Shown here piece by piece: positions 10,060 to 21,149 of a stretch of DNA of 64,000 nucleotides; the stretch's first letter is position 1, and each line of letters opens with the position of its first letter. The position numbers and the translations under genes are program-made. The notes under the pieces are model-generated. The model was not told where the DNA came from. It searched no databases and was given only the letters and a program-made list of their open reading frames with translations. This DNA is from Alkalispirochaeta sp. (lineage in GTDB: Bacteria; Spirochaetota; Spirochaetia; DSM-27196; Alkalispirochaetaceae): contig CBDESZ010000012.1 in the NCBI GenBank assembly GCA_965242725.1, forward strand, positions 32,001-96,000, written 5' to 3'.

Positions 10060-11663
10060 TCATTCTTGTTTTGGAAGCAGTGTCTCAGGGTCTATTGGAC
10101 GACCATCCTTTCGAATTTCGAAATGTAGATGGGGATCGGTATCTTTCCTCGTTCCCGTTGTTCCAAGAAAATCCCCCTGCCGGACTTGATCGCCGGCTTC
10201 TACGGCATGAGTGTCCATGTGTACATATCGTTGCTCATATCCATCGTCATCCTGGATTATCAAATAGGAGCTACGACTCGCTGATCTCGAGTACTCCAAG
10301 TCTGCAACAGTAACCCTTCCTCCACCGGACGCATAAACTGGAGTTCCCATTGTTGCTCTCAAATCAATTCCATCATGCCGTGCCGGTATAGCATCGTCTC
10401 TCATTCCGAAGGGCGATGTAACATGGTTTTCTTTCAACGGCCATTCGAATCTTGGTTCGTTAACCTCCCCATTCCCCGGCACCGCCAGGGCTTCGGGCTC
10501 TCTTCCAACCCCCACAAATCCACAAAGTTCACCGGATCTCCGCCCACGTAGGCGTACCAGTTCCAGCCGTCCTGTATGGGATCTCTGCTCAGGAACTTGC
10601 CGTCTCCGCATCGTACCACCGGGCACCGAAGTAGGTAAGACCCGTCGCCTGGTCGTAAAGGTGGCCGGTGAACCCCACGCTGTTGTAGGGCTCAAAGATG
10701 CCGGCCATGGCCCTCCCGTAGGCGTCCCAGGCGTAGCGGGCGACCGGTTCGCCGTGGCGGTCGGTGATCGCCACGGGACTGCCCAGCCGGTCGGTGTGGT
10801 AGTACATCACCCCGCCTTTGGTATGCAGAAAGCCCTCCGGGCCCGGCTCTCGTCTGCCGTGAAAGCCGTACATCTTCACCGCCACGAGACGCCCCGCGAC
10901 GTGGAAGTACTCCTTGTATGGATTCGCCTCCTCGCCCTCGCTCACATCGTACTCCGCAAGGAGGGTCCGCTCGTGCCAGAGGTAGGCGCTGCGATCGGTA
11001 CTGCGTGGCGTCATTCGTTCATCGGTGGTTTCAATGCGTGATACCATTCGTCCAAAGGCGTCATAGCCGTAGCGTACGGTAACGCCTTCGGCCGTGCGCG
11101 CTTCAATGAGTTCGCCCCGGCTGTTCCAGCTCAAGGTTGTCGTGCCGTCGGGGGTTCGTTTCTCCCGGACCTCCCCGGCGCGGGTGTACTTGTAGTCGAT
11201 AGACCCCGCTTCCACCAGGCGGTTAAGACCTTCGTAGGTGAATTGGTCCCAGGAGCCGTCGCGGGTGCGGCGCTCGATGTTGGCCGCATCGTCGTAGTCC
11301 CAGGTCTCACGTTCCACGAGGGGTGGGAAGGTTACCTCGCTGTCCCACGCTTCACCGCCGGGATCCCCGAGGCCGGGCGGTCCCTGATCATCCGCTCTCC
11401 CCTGCCCGGGATGGGTCGCCTCAGGAACACCGGTGTAAATGGCACCGTACCCAACCGCGTGACCCGGCGGAAACTGTCCGTTCTGCCAGGAGCGGATGTT
11501 TGCTGTGAGCTCACTTGGGTATGAGATGTCGTCAAGCCGTCCCGCCTCGTCGTAATCATAACTCCAGCGATACTGGGCTTCCCGCATTTCCTTGAGTCGC
11601 TGGTCGGGGTAGTAGGCAAAGCTGCGCTCCAGAAGGGTGCCGGTTGGGCCGTTCCAGCTATAG
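10060..11663 (-). pseudogene. Orphan Rhs module with C-terminal M23 metallopeptidase toxin (frameshifts near 10600 and 10500)
   Basis: Rhs core end (ARWYD, DPVNFVDLWG); CT VTSPFGMR...HDGIDL...YVHM...PHLHFEIR..G.PIDP = M23 HxxxD/HxH. Confidence 0.85.
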
Positions 11664-11684
11664 CCTTAACCGGGCGAGATAATT

Positions 11685-12011
11685 TCAATCGTTGGGCGGA
11701 TTCCTGATCGCTTTCTTAACAACCATGCCTATACTCGCAACGGTTACGCCGGTTGCAATTATTACTGATACAACCATCATGAAAACATCCGTTGATATAT
11801 GTTGGACTCTTTCGACGTATATGCTCCAGACGGTCACTATCGCGAACATTAACAGTAGGGAGTATCCAATCAGATTTTTCATTTTACTAATCAATTTTCT
11901 CTGAATCTGTGAATCGGTTGCTTCGAGGCGACGCCTAACAAACGGCAAACTGAAACGACCAAGAATACCGATAAAGAGTACGTATCCGATAAGAAAATAC
12001 TCCACTTTCAC
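11685..12011 (-). CDS. Putative membrane immunity protein (3 TM)
   Basis: Low GC, hydrophobic, directly downstream of CT ending 12042. Confidence 0.65.
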   Translation of the reverse strand: MKVEYFLIGYVLFIGILGRFSLPFVRRRLEATDSQIQRKLISKMKNLIGYSLLLMFAIVTVWSIYVERVQHISTDVFMMVVSVIIATGVTVASIGMVVKKAIRNPPND

Positions 12012-12041
12012 ATCAATTCTCCCTTCGTGAAAAAGAACAGA

Positions 12042-14405
12042 CTATTCATTCATCCGCCGAATTGTCCGGTCAGCAAATTTGCGAATTGTCTCAACGGTGA
12101 TATCGATCCGATTGATCGTTTTATCAATATTTCCATGTCTCGCGAGGTCTGATCCGACGCTGAATGTCACCAGACCACCAATCGCGATTGGAACATTTCC
12201 CGAAATCACACCCGCTGTCGTCAAAGTCGCTCCCAAAGTCATGGCGTTCGCGCCGGCGACGCGCTCCCACCCAGTCGGCGTGTCTGGTGGCGGCGAATAT
12301 GCCGCGTGTTGCTCCATCTCCCGAGCATCCTGGTATGGATTCCTTACAGTTCCACTCGTCGGCATCGCCGCAGAATTGCTCGGTGGTGTTGCGTATACTC
12401 CTCTGGCAACCTGTATACGTCCCGGCCCTGGTTCATAGGCGATGGTATTCCCCGGCACCGCCAGGGCCTCGGGCTCTCTTTCCAACCCCCACAAATCCAC
12501 GAAGTTCGCCGGATCACCGCCCACGTAGGCGTACCAATTCCAGCCGTCCTGTATGGGGTCTCTGCTCAGGAACTTGCCCGTCTCCGCATCGTACCACCGG
12601 GCACCGAAGTAGGTAAGACCGGTCGCCTGGTCGTAGAGGTGACCGGTGAAGCCTACGCTGTTGTAGGGCTCAAAGATGCCGGCCATGGCCCTCCCGTAGG
12701 CGTCCCAGGCGTAGCGGGCGACCGGTTCGCCGTGGCGGTCGGTGATCGCCACGGGACTGCCCAGCCGGTCGGTGTGGTAGTACATCACCCCGCCTTTGGT
12801 ATGCAGAAAGCCCTCCGGGCCCGGCTCTCGTCTGCCGTGAAAGCCGTACATCTTCACTGCAATGAGGCGCCCGGCAACGTGGAAGTATTCCTTGTACGGA
12901 TTCGCCTCCCCGCCCTCGCTCACATCGTATTCCGATAGGAGGGTCCGCTCGTGCCAGAGGTAGGCGCTGCGATCGGTGCTGCGTGGGGTCATTCGTTCTT
13001 CGGTGGTTTCAACGCGTGATACCATTCGTCCAAAGGCGTCATAACCGTAGCGTACGGTAACGCCTTCGGCCGTGCGCGCTTCGATCAGCTCTCCCCGGCT
13101 GTTCCAGCTCAAGGTTGTCGTGCCGTCGGGGGTTCGTTTCTCCCGGACCTCCCCGGCGCGGGTGTACTTGTAGTCGATGGACCCCGCTTCCACCAGGCGG
13201 TTGAGGACTTCGTAGTCAAACTGATCCCACGAACCGTCGCGGGTGCGGCGCTCGATGTTGGCCGCATCGTCGTACTTCCAGGTCTCACGTTCCACGAGGG
13301 GCGGAAAGGTAATTTCGTTGTCCCACGCCTCGCCGCCACCGGTGTTGCCACGGCCGGGTGGTCCCTGGCCATTCGGCCCACCCTGCCCGGGATGGGTCGT
13401 CTCAGGAACGCCGGTGTAAATGGCACCATACCCAACCGCGTGACCCGGCGGAAACTGTCCGTTCTGCCAGGAGCGGATGTTTGCTGTGAGCTCACTTGGG
13501 TATGAGATGTCGTCAAGCCGTCCCGCCTCGTCGTAATCATAACTCCAGCGGTACTGGGCTTCCCGCATCTCCTTGAGTCGCTGGTCCGGGTAGTAGGCAA
13601 AGCTGCGCTCCAGAAGGGTTCCGGTTGGGCCGTTCCAGCTATAGGTTTTCAGGAGATTGTCGGGATCGTAAGTGAGGTGGGCGGCCGTGCCGTTTGCGTA
13701 GTCCAGCCGCGTCATGCGTCCGCGATCGTCCCAATCCAGGACGGCGCCGATGCCGTGGGGTGCGCTGAATCGTTCGGTCCAGCCCGCCGGGTTGCGCTCG
13801 TAGGTGACCACCTCTCCCTCGGGAGTTGTCATGGTCGCAAGGTTTCCGAGCTCGTCGTAACCGTAGAGGATCCGTTTCCCGATATCCTCATAGGTTACCG
13901 CCGAGAGACGTCCCGCTTCGTTGTACGCAAAGCGCTCCCGCATGTCAGGATCGTCCGCTACCATCAGGCGCCCCGCCGCGTCGTAATCAAAGCTCACCGT
14001 CTCGTCGGGATAGACCACCGATTCTAAGAGTCCCCGGCTGTTCCGGCGGTAGACCACCGTGCCCGCCACGGAATCACGCTTCTCTTTCACCCGGCCGGCC
14101 TCGTCATAGACATACTCCACCCGTCGCTCCGCGTCGACCATGCTCTCCAGGAGGCCCGAGCCGTTGTAGTTCCACTGGAAGACGCGGTTCTCCGGGCCGG
14201 TCATGCGGCGCACATATCCCCGGGGGTCGTACTCCAGATACTCCGAGACGATACCCCCCGGCTCCTCTACCCGATCCAATCTGCCGGCGCTGTCGTAGTG
14301 GTAGTTCGTGGTGCCCTCGGGACCCGCGATGCGTTCAATCCTCCCCGCCGGATCATAGACGTACTCCCGGCTCCCTTTCTGTCGTGGATTAGTAAAATGG
14401 ATCAT
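12042..14405 (-). CDS. Orphan Rhs module (N-truncated) with hydrophobic, possibly pore-forming CT
   Basis: YD repeats, Rhs core, DPANFVDLWG, CT with Gly/Ala-rich hydrophobic stretch. Confidence 0.85.
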   Translation of the reverse strand: MIHFTNPRQKGSREYVYDPAGRIERIAGPEGTTNYHYDSAGRLDRVEEPGGIVSEYLEYDPRGYVRRMTGPENRVFQWNYNGSGLLESMVDAERRVEYVYDEAGRVKEKRDSVAGTVVYRRNSRGLLESVVYPDETVSFDYDAAGRLMVADDPDMRERFAYNEAGRLSAVTYEDIGKRILYGYDELGNLATMTTPEGEVVTYERNPAGWTERFSAPHGIGAVLDWDDRGRMTRLDYANGTAAHLTYDPDNLLKTYSWNGPTGTLLERSFAYYPDQRLKEMREAQYRWSYDYDEAGRLDDISYPSELTANIRSWQNGQFPPGHAVGYGAIYTGVPETTHPGQGGPNGQGPPGRGNTGGGEAWDNEITFPPLVERETWKYDDAANIERRTRDGSWDQFDYEVLNRLVEAGSIDYKYTRAGEVREKRTPDGTTTLSWNSRGELIEARTAEGVTVRYGYDAFGRMVSRVETTEERMTPRSTDRSAYLWHERTLLSEYDVSEGGEANPYKEYFHVAGRLIAVKMYGFHGRREPGPEGFLHTKGGVMYYHTDRLGSPVAITDRHGEPVARYAWDAYGRAMAGIFEPYNSVGFTGHLYDQATGLTYFGARWYDAETGKFLSRDPIQDGWNWYAYVGGDPANFVDLWGLEREPEALAVPGNTIAYEPGPGRIQVARGVYATPPSNSAAMPTSGTVRNPYQDAREMEQHAAYSPPPDTPTGWERVAGANAMTLGATLTTAGVISGNVPIAIGGLVTFSVGSDLARHGNIDKTINRIDITVETIRKFADRTIRRMNE

Positions 14406-14465
14406 GAATATTGAACTTGCGTTCTGCGAAGTTCATCACCATGCCGCATGCGTTACCCGGATCGA
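14398..14465. repeat. Conserved ~70-bp element at 5' end of orphan Rhs module (copy 2, diverged)
   Basis: tggatcatgaatattgaacttgcgttctg...tcaccatgccg...tacccggatcga. Confidence 0.8.
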
Positions 14466-14613
14466 TGGAAGTGTTCATCAAGCGATCTCTTCGGGCGGAG
14501 GAAAGTGAAGCGGTCGGCGCACATTTTCATAGGTCCATGCAGCGAAAGTCAGCCTATTATTTATCTATGACGATGAAGGCAAGCCGGTTGATAGGCAACA
14601 CCAAGACTCCCTC

Positions 14614-15003
14614 TCACAATACTGGAAGCATAAACACAGCCGCTGTGACCAGTACTCCGGAAAGGGCGCCTATCAGCCTTCCGGGACGTTGCAGTCCGTC
14701 AGCATTACTCTCCTTCTCTGCAGAACTTGGCTGACTAAAAACAACTGCATGCCCGACCAACGCAAAGAGAAGCCACAAACGTGCGCTTTCCCCTTGCTGG
14801 TCTCCGAGAACTGCACTTCCGGATAAATAGCCGATTGTGCTCATTCCAAAATAGTTTATCAGTTGAAGCACAAACTGGCCTGCACGCCCTTGTCTCCAAA
14901 ACGAGACCTTGGTCTGGACAAAAAGAGTGACAGTCGTGACAAACGGAATCGCCACTAATTCTGCCACGAATGCTACAAGTATTCCAACGATAATAATTAG
15001 CAC
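14614..15003 (-). CDS. Putative membrane immunity protein (4 TM)
   Basis: AGGAGG RBS + GTG; hydrophobic; low GC; downstream of CT ending 15148. Confidence 0.65.
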   Translation of the reverse strand: MLIIIVGILVAFVAELVAIPFVTTVTLFVQTKVSFWRQGRAGQFVLQLINYFGMSTIGYLSGSAVLGDQQGESARLWLLFALVGHAVVFSQPSSAEKESNADGLQRPGRLIGALSGVLVTAAVFMLPVL

Positions 15004-15147
15004 TCACACCTCCTGAATTTCCCTCTAACTCACTGCCGACCCACTACCTTCATCCAGCCAAATCCACTGATCGCGTTCTTCTTCTTCAGAATTCCTTAAC
15101 CACGAGAACCTACCAAGGAAATTGAACATGCGCACCCGTTTGCATCA

Positions 15148-18138
15148 CTAGTCACCACCCAATACTTGCTTCACTACTGGAACGATCACTTCTTTTGCCA
15201 TGTTGATGATTTTTCCGATGAATTCGCCAGCTTCGCGTCCCAGCTGAGACGCGTCATCTGGCGGGGCTTCTGGTGGTGACTCCGCTCCGGTAGGCTTCAC
15301 CGCGTCGGCGGCTCCGATCACGACGTTTACCCTGTAACGAATCTGGGCCGCAGGATCTGGCGTAGCCAGCATGCGACCATGCTCCAGGATTTTGTTTCGC
15401 ACACGAACGACAGTGTCCGCTATGCGACCAATCAGGCCTTTAGACTCAGCGTCATTTCCATCCCCTTTCGTCGCTTCCAACCCCCACAAATCCACAAAGT
15501 TCACTGGGTCACCGCCCACGTAGGCGTACCAGTTCCAGCCGTCCTGAATGGGATCTCTGCTCAGGAACTTGCCCGTGTCCGCATCGTACCACCGGGCTCC
15601 AAAGTAGGTAAGACCCGTTGCCTGGTCGTAAAGGTGGCCGGTGAAGCCCACGCTGTTGTAGGGCTCAAAGATGCCGGCCATGGCCCTCCCGTAGGCGTCC
15701 CAGGCGTAGCGGGCGACCGGTTCGCCGTGGCGGTCGGTGATCGCTATGGGGCTGCCCAACCGGTCGGTGTGGTAGTACATCACCCCGCCTTTGGTGTGGA
15801 GAAATCCCTCCGGGCCCGGCTCTCGTCTGCCGTGAAAGCCGTACATCTTTACCGCAATGAGGCGCCCGGCAACGTGGAAGTACTCCTTGTACGGATTCGC
15901 CTCCCCGCCCTCGCTCACATCGTATTCCGCTAACAGGGTCCGCTCGTGCCAGAGGTAGGCGCTGCGATCGGTGCTGCGTGGGGTCATTCGTTCTTCGGTG
16001 GTTTCCACCCGGGATACCATTCGTCCAAAGGCGTCATAACCGTAGCGTACGGTGACCCCGTCGGCGGTGCGCGCTTCGATCAGCTCTCCCCGGCTGTTCC
16101 AGCTCAAGGTTGTCGTGCCGCCGGGGGTACGCTTCTCCCGGACCTCCCCGGCACGGGTGTATTCGTAGTCGATGGATCCCGCGTCCACCAGGCGGTTGAG
16201 GCCTTCGTATTCAAACTGATCCCACGAGCCGTCGCGGGTACGGCGCTCGATGTTGGCCGCGTCGTCGTAGTCCCAGGTCTCATGTTCCACGAGGGGCGGA
16301 AAGGTTACCTCCCTGTCCCACGCCTCGCCGCCGGGATCCCCCAGGCCGGGCGGTCCCTGATCATCCGCTCTCCCCTGCCCGGGATGGGTCGCCTCAGGAA
16401 CACCGCTGTAGATGGCACCATACCCAATCGCGTGTCCCGGCGGAAACTGTCCGTCCTGCCAGGAGCGGATGTTTGCCGTGAGTTCACGCGGGTATGACGC
16501 TTCCTCGAGCCGTCCCGCCTCGTCGTAGCGGTAACTCCAGCGGTACTGGGCTTCCCGCATCTCCTTGAGTCGCTGGTCGGGGTAGTAGGCAAAGCTGCGC
16601 TCCAGAAGAGTTCCGGTTGGGCCGTTCCAGCTATAGGTTTTGAGGAGGTTGTCGGGATCGTAAGTGAGATGGGCGGCCGTGCCGTTTGCGTAGTCCAGCT
16701 GCGTCAGGCGGCCGCGATCGTCCCAGTCCAGGACGGCGCCGATGCCATGGGGTGCGCTCAACCGTTCGGTCCTGCCCGCCGGATCACGCTCGTAGGTGAC
16801 CACCTCTCCTTCGGGGGTTGTCATGGTCGCGAGGTTTCCGAGCTCGTCGTAGCCGTAGAGGATCCGTTTCCCGATATCCTCGTAGGTAACCGCAGAAAGG
16901 CGGCCCGCCTCGTTGTACGCAAAGCGCTCCCGCATGTCCGGATCGTCCGCTACAGTCAGGCGGCCCGCCGCGTCGTAGGCAAAGCTCACCGTCTCATCGG
17001 GATAGACCACCGATTCCAGAAGCCCCCGGCTGTTCCGGCGGTAGACCACCGTGCCCGCCACGGAATCACGTTTCTCTTTCACCCGGCCGGCCTCGTCATA
17101 GACATACTCCACCCGCCGCTCCGCATCGACCATGCTCGCCACGAGGCCCGAACCATTGTAGTTCCACTGGAAAACGCGGTTCTCAGGACCTACCATGCGG
17201 CGCACAAATCCCCGGGGGTCGTACTCCAGGTACTCCGAGACGATACCGCCCGGCTCCTCCACCCGATCCAATCTCCCGGCATTGTCGTAGTGGTAGTTTG
17301 TGGTTCCCTCCGGTCCAGCGGCGCGTTCAATCCTCCCCGCCAGGTCGTAGACGTACTCCCGGATCCCCCGGCCGGGGATGGTTTCGGTGCGGATCTGTCC
17401 GTTGGGGTGGTAGGTATACTCCCACACACCCGCCTCCGGCGGATTGTAGGCGGTCACATCTCCGGCAAGGTTGACCGTCCATTCGTAATGCGCCTCCGTG
17501 GCGTCGGTGTAGAACTCCAGGTGCCCCAGGGGGTTGTAGCTCCAGGAGTGGGCGCCGCTGCCCGGCTGGTCGTAGTAGACCAGGTTGCCCGCCGCGTCCC
17601 AGCGGTAGAGATGGGTCTCCCCGGCGCTGTCGGTGACGACCACTTCCCTGCTGTCGGGTGACCAGTCGTAGGTGGTACTCCGCTCTCCCGTCGGCTTCTC
17701 CGCGATCAGCCTCCCCGCGGCGTCATAGGTCATTTCCGTCCTGCCCGTGGCGGGGCTGTCGATAACCGACAGATTGCCCCACTGGTCGTAGCCCAGGCTC
17801 GTCGTTTCTCCCTCGCCATTGGCAACGCTGCGGGGGAGTCCCAACGGACCGTACCCGGAATAGTACCGGGTGCGTTCATCCGGATCGGCGGCGGCGGTGA
17901 GATTTCCGCGCTCGTCATAGGAGTAGACCCATGCACCGGAGATCCCGTCGATCTGGACGCGCCGCAGCTGGTTGTACTCATCACCCCATTCATATTGCCG
18001 GCTCACCTGGTCGGGGCCGGTGGAGCGCACCACGTTCTTTCGTTCATCATACACAAAGGTCCATCGGCGCCCCGTCTCATCGATCACGGCGGTGCGGTTG
18101 TAGCGATTGCCCGGGTCGGTGTATCGGTCCTGGATCAT
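15148..18138 (-). CDS. Orphan Rhs module (996 aa, N-truncated) with unknown helical CT
   Basis: YD repeats nearly identical to main Rhs; DPVNFVDLWG; unique ~110-aa CT. Confidence 0.85.
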   Translation of the reverse strand: MIQDRYTDPGNRYNRTAVIDETGRRWTFVYDERKNVVRSTGPDQVSRQYEWGDEYNQLRRVQIDGISGAWVYSYDERGNLTAAADPDERTRYYSGYGPLGLPRSVANGEGETTSLGYDQWGNLSVIDSPATGRTEMTYDAAGRLIAEKPTGERSTTYDWSPDSREVVVTDSAGETHLYRWDAAGNLVYYDQPGSGAHSWSYNPLGHLEFYTDATEAHYEWTVNLAGDVTAYNPPEAGVWEYTYHPNGQIRTETIPGRGIREYVYDLAGRIERAAGPEGTTNYHYDNAGRLDRVEEPGGIVSEYLEYDPRGFVRRMVGPENRVFQWNYNGSGLVASMVDAERRVEYVYDEAGRVKEKRDSVAGTVVYRRNSRGLLESVVYPDETVSFAYDAAGRLTVADDPDMRERFAYNEAGRLSAVTYEDIGKRILYGYDELGNLATMTTPEGEVVTYERDPAGRTERLSAPHGIGAVLDWDDRGRLTQLDYANGTAAHLTYDPDNLLKTYSWNGPTGTLLERSFAYYPDQRLKEMREAQYRWSYRYDEAGRLEEASYPRELTANIRSWQDGQFPPGHAIGYGAIYSGVPEATHPGQGRADDQGPPGLGDPGGEAWDREVTFPPLVEHETWDYDDAANIERRTRDGSWDQFEYEGLNRLVDAGSIDYEYTRAGEVREKRTPGGTTTLSWNSRGELIEARTADGVTVRYGYDAFGRMVSRVETTEERMTPRSTDRSAYLWHERTLLAEYDVSEGGEANPYKEYFHVAGRLIAVKMYGFHGRREPGPEGFLHTKGGVMYYHTDRLGSPIAITDRHGEPVARYAWDAYGRAMAGIFEPYNSVGFTGHLYDQATGLTYFGARWYDADTGKFLSRDPIQDGWNWYAYVGGDPVNFVDLWGLEATKGDGNDAESKGLIGRIADTVVRVRNKILEHGRMLATPDPAAQIRYRVNVVIGAADAVKPTGAESPPEAPPDDASQLGREAGEFIGKIINMAKEVIVPVVKQVLGGD

Positions 18139-18198
18139 GAATATCGAACGTGCGTTCTGTCACGATTTTTCACCGTGCCGAGAGCGCTACCCGGATCG
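18131..18198. repeat. Conserved ~70-bp element at 5' end of orphan Rhs module (copy 3)
   Basis: Nearly identical to 9281-9349. Confidence 0.85.
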
Positions 18199-18376
18199 GT
18201 GGGCGTGTCGGTTAGATTTTATTTTTCACCGAAAGCCCCCTATACCTAAGCGAACCTATCAGATCGCCTGCGTGCATCTTTGAGGCCGTAAGTAATGGGC
18301 TCAGTGTGAAAACGGTTACTCCTTGACTTTTCGCCCGTTTGCCCTGGACTATTTTGGACGAGAAAAATTATTGCAA

Positions 18377-18625
18377 TCAGTAAGCGAAAAAAGAGACTAT
18401 TACCACAAGTCCTGCAATTCCGTATAACGCCCAAAATAAAAGTCCTTCCCACGGAATTCTACGCTTTTCCCTACAAATCCTGAAGTAGTTACCTAGAGCA
18501 CTACTACCCAAATGAGTTCTTAACCAACGTCGGTCAAATGTCATATATTGCGCTAAGAACGGCAAAATCCTAAAGTAATAAAGAAGTAGAGCACCCGCAA
18601 TTGATACAATCAATATCCACAACAT
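18377..18625 (-). CDS. Putative membrane immunity protein (2 TM)
   Basis: ATG one base after CT stop (TAG-T-ATG); hydrophobic; low GC. Confidence 0.65.
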   Translation of the reverse strand: MLWILIVSIAGALLLYYFRILPFLAQYMTFDRRWLRTHLGSSALGNYFRICREKRRIPWEGLLFWALYGIAGLVVIVSFFAY

Positions 18626-18626
18626 A

Positions 18627-20547
18627 CTATCGTAAAGTCCTTGCATTGCGTGTATATGAGCCACCGCTATATCGTACGCGCGAGGCTGCTTCGCCGGCAG
18701 CGCGAAAACCAGGGTTGTCCACTGTATATGTCAGGGACGCCGATACTGAAACGGGTAATAACGACGATCCTCCACTCGAATTCGCTGTCAATTGTGAGGA
18801 TCGCCCCGTAGACGTTCTTGTCCCACTCAACGTCACTTGCGGTGTTACCGTAATTGGAGCTCCGAAAGTTGCACTCCCACTAATTGAAGCGCCATACATA
18901 TCATGCATCGTCGCACCCGGATAATTCGAAACACGCCTTCCAAAATCGATACCTATATCTGTTTCTACAATAGCAGAAACTTCAAATAGCCGTTTGGTTT
19001 CGACCGGCACACCACCCTGGTACTCTGTAGCTGTGCTTGTAGCAACTCCCAAACCAATCCCTGCATAAGTCTCTATATACCTAGAGTCCACTGATACTCC
19101 TGTAAAATCCGGTTCCGGCGGTTTCCCATTCCCCGGCACCGCCAGGGCCTCGGGCTCTCTTTCCAACCCCCACATATCCACGAAGTTCACCGGGTCACCG
19201 CCCACGTAGGCATACCAGTTCCAGCCGTCCTGTATGGGATCTCTACTCAGGAACTTGCCCGTCTCCGCATCGTACCACCGGGCTCCAAAGTAGGTAAGAC
19301 CCGTCGCCTGGTCGTAGAGGTGGCCGGTGAAGCCTACGCTGTTGTAGGGCTCAAAGATGCCGGCCATCGCCCTCCCGTAGGCGTCCCAGGCGTAGCGGGC
19401 GACCGGTTCGCCGTGGCGGTCGGTGATCGCCACGGGGCTGCCCAGCCGGTCGAGGTGGTAGTACATCACCCCGCCCTTGGTGTGGAGAAATCCCTCCGGG
19501 CCTGGCTCCCGTCTGCCGTGAAAGCCATGCATCTTCACCGCAATGAGGCGCCCGGCAACGTGGAAGTACTCTTTGTACGGACTCGCCTCCCCGCCCTCGC
19601 TCACATCGTATTCCGCAAGGAGGGTCCGCTCGTGCCAGAGGTAGGCGCTGCGCTCGGCGGTCGGGGGGATCTCGCCGTCGGCGGGTGTGGCTGTGCGGCT
19701 CACCATTCGCCCAAAGGCGTCATAACCGTAGCGTACGGTGACCCCGTCTGCCGTACTCGCTTCGATCAGCTCTCCCCGGCTGTTCCAGCTCAAGGTTGTC
19801 GTGCCGTCGGGGGAGCGCTTCTCCCGGACCTCACCCGCACGGGTGTACTCGTAGTCGATGGACCCCGCTGCCACCAGGCGGTTGAGCCCTTCGTAGGTAA
19901 ACTCATCCCACGAGCCGTCGCGGGTGCGGCCCTCGATGTTGGCCGCATCGTCGTAGTCCCAGGTCTCACGTTCCACCAACGGAGGGAAGGTAATTTCGTT
20001 GTCCCACGCCTCGCCTCGTCCCACGTTCTCCGCTCTCCCCTGTCCCGGGTGTGTCGTCTCGGGAACGCCGGTGTAAATGGCACCGTATCGCGTGTCCCGG
20101 GGGAAACTGTCCGTTCTGCCACGATCTGATGTTCCCGGTGAGCTCGCTTGGATATGAGGCGTCATCAAGCCGTCCCGCCTCGTCGTAATCATAACTCCAG
20201 CGATACTGGGCTTCCCGCATCTCTTTGAGTCGCTGGTCGGGGTAGTAGGCAAAGCTGCGCTCCAGAAGGGTTCCGGTTGTGCCGTTCCAGCTATAGTTTT
20301 TCAGAAGATTGTCGGGATCGTAAGTGATATGAGCGGCCGTCCCGTTTGCGTAGTCCAACCGTGAGAGGCGCCCGCGATCATCCCAATCCAGGACCGCGCC
20401 GATACCGTGGGGTGCGCTGAACCGTTCGGTCCGTCCCGCCGGGTCGCGCTCGTAGGTGACCACCTCTCCTTCGGGGGTTGTCATGGTCGAGAGGTTTCCG
20501 AGCTCGTCGTTGCCGTAGAGGATCCGTTTCCCGATATCCTCGTAGGT
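18627..20547 (-). pseudogene. Orphan Rhs module with Ser/Thr/Gly-rich beta-strand CT (frameshift near 20088)
   Basis: Core split between ORFs 19966-20592 and 18627-20252; DPVNFVDMWG; unique CT. Confidence 0.8.
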
Positions 20548-20765
20548 TGCCGTAGTGACACGTTCCTCAAATTCCACCGATACTGTGCCCACCCCCCAGG
20601 AGAAAGCGCCGTCTGCTTTTGACCAGCGTCGTCATCCTAGCTCACGTACCGGATACCAGATCGTCGACCCAATGACACGGACTGCTTCGACGGCCGAGAA
20701 ATCGAGGCGATTACCAGTCTTGTTATCCGCAGTACAATTCAACCGAATTTCAGTCAGATTCCCCA

Positions 20766-21149
20766 TTACTGCATTTCCTCCAGAGAATACCCTGAGCTGC
20801 GGTCCTTGGTACTCATCGATATTTTCACTAACGCGTCTGCAAGGTGGGATATTTCGATCACTTCAAGTACGACAAAAAAAGCTGTTAGGAAAGATAGTCC
20901 GGCGCCGACCATTCGGAGCGATAGGGACCCGTCAAACCAGATCGCGCCAAGTGGGCGGGATAGAGTGATGACCAGAAAAACTACAACACCCGCAACCAAT
21001 AGCCTCTTGGCTTTTCGTAATCGCCTATTGAGTTCTTCGATGTTCGATATTTTTGATATTACATTCTTTCCGACGACTATTGCCTGAATACCGGTCCCTA
21101 AAAAGGACAACCCGAATATTGCAAGGATTATCAGCATAATTTCTTTCAT
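20766..21149 (-). CDS. Putative membrane immunity protein for the full-length Rhs (3 TM)
   Basis: GGAGG RBS; MKEIMLIILAIFGLSFLG...; directly downstream of main Rhs CT; low GC. Confidence 0.7.
   Translation of the reverse strand: MKEIMLIILAIFGLSFLGTGIQAIVVGKNVISKISNIEELNRRLRKAKRLLVAGVVVFLVITLSRPLGAIWFDGSLSLRMVGAGLSFLTAFFVVLEVIEISHLADALVKISMSTKDRSSGYSLEEMQ

Noticed and set aside
9281..18198. Repeated 70-bp element as CRISPR repeat or integron attC
   Set aside because: Spacing is kilobases and irregular; no cas or integron integrase; no clear attC core-site palindrome
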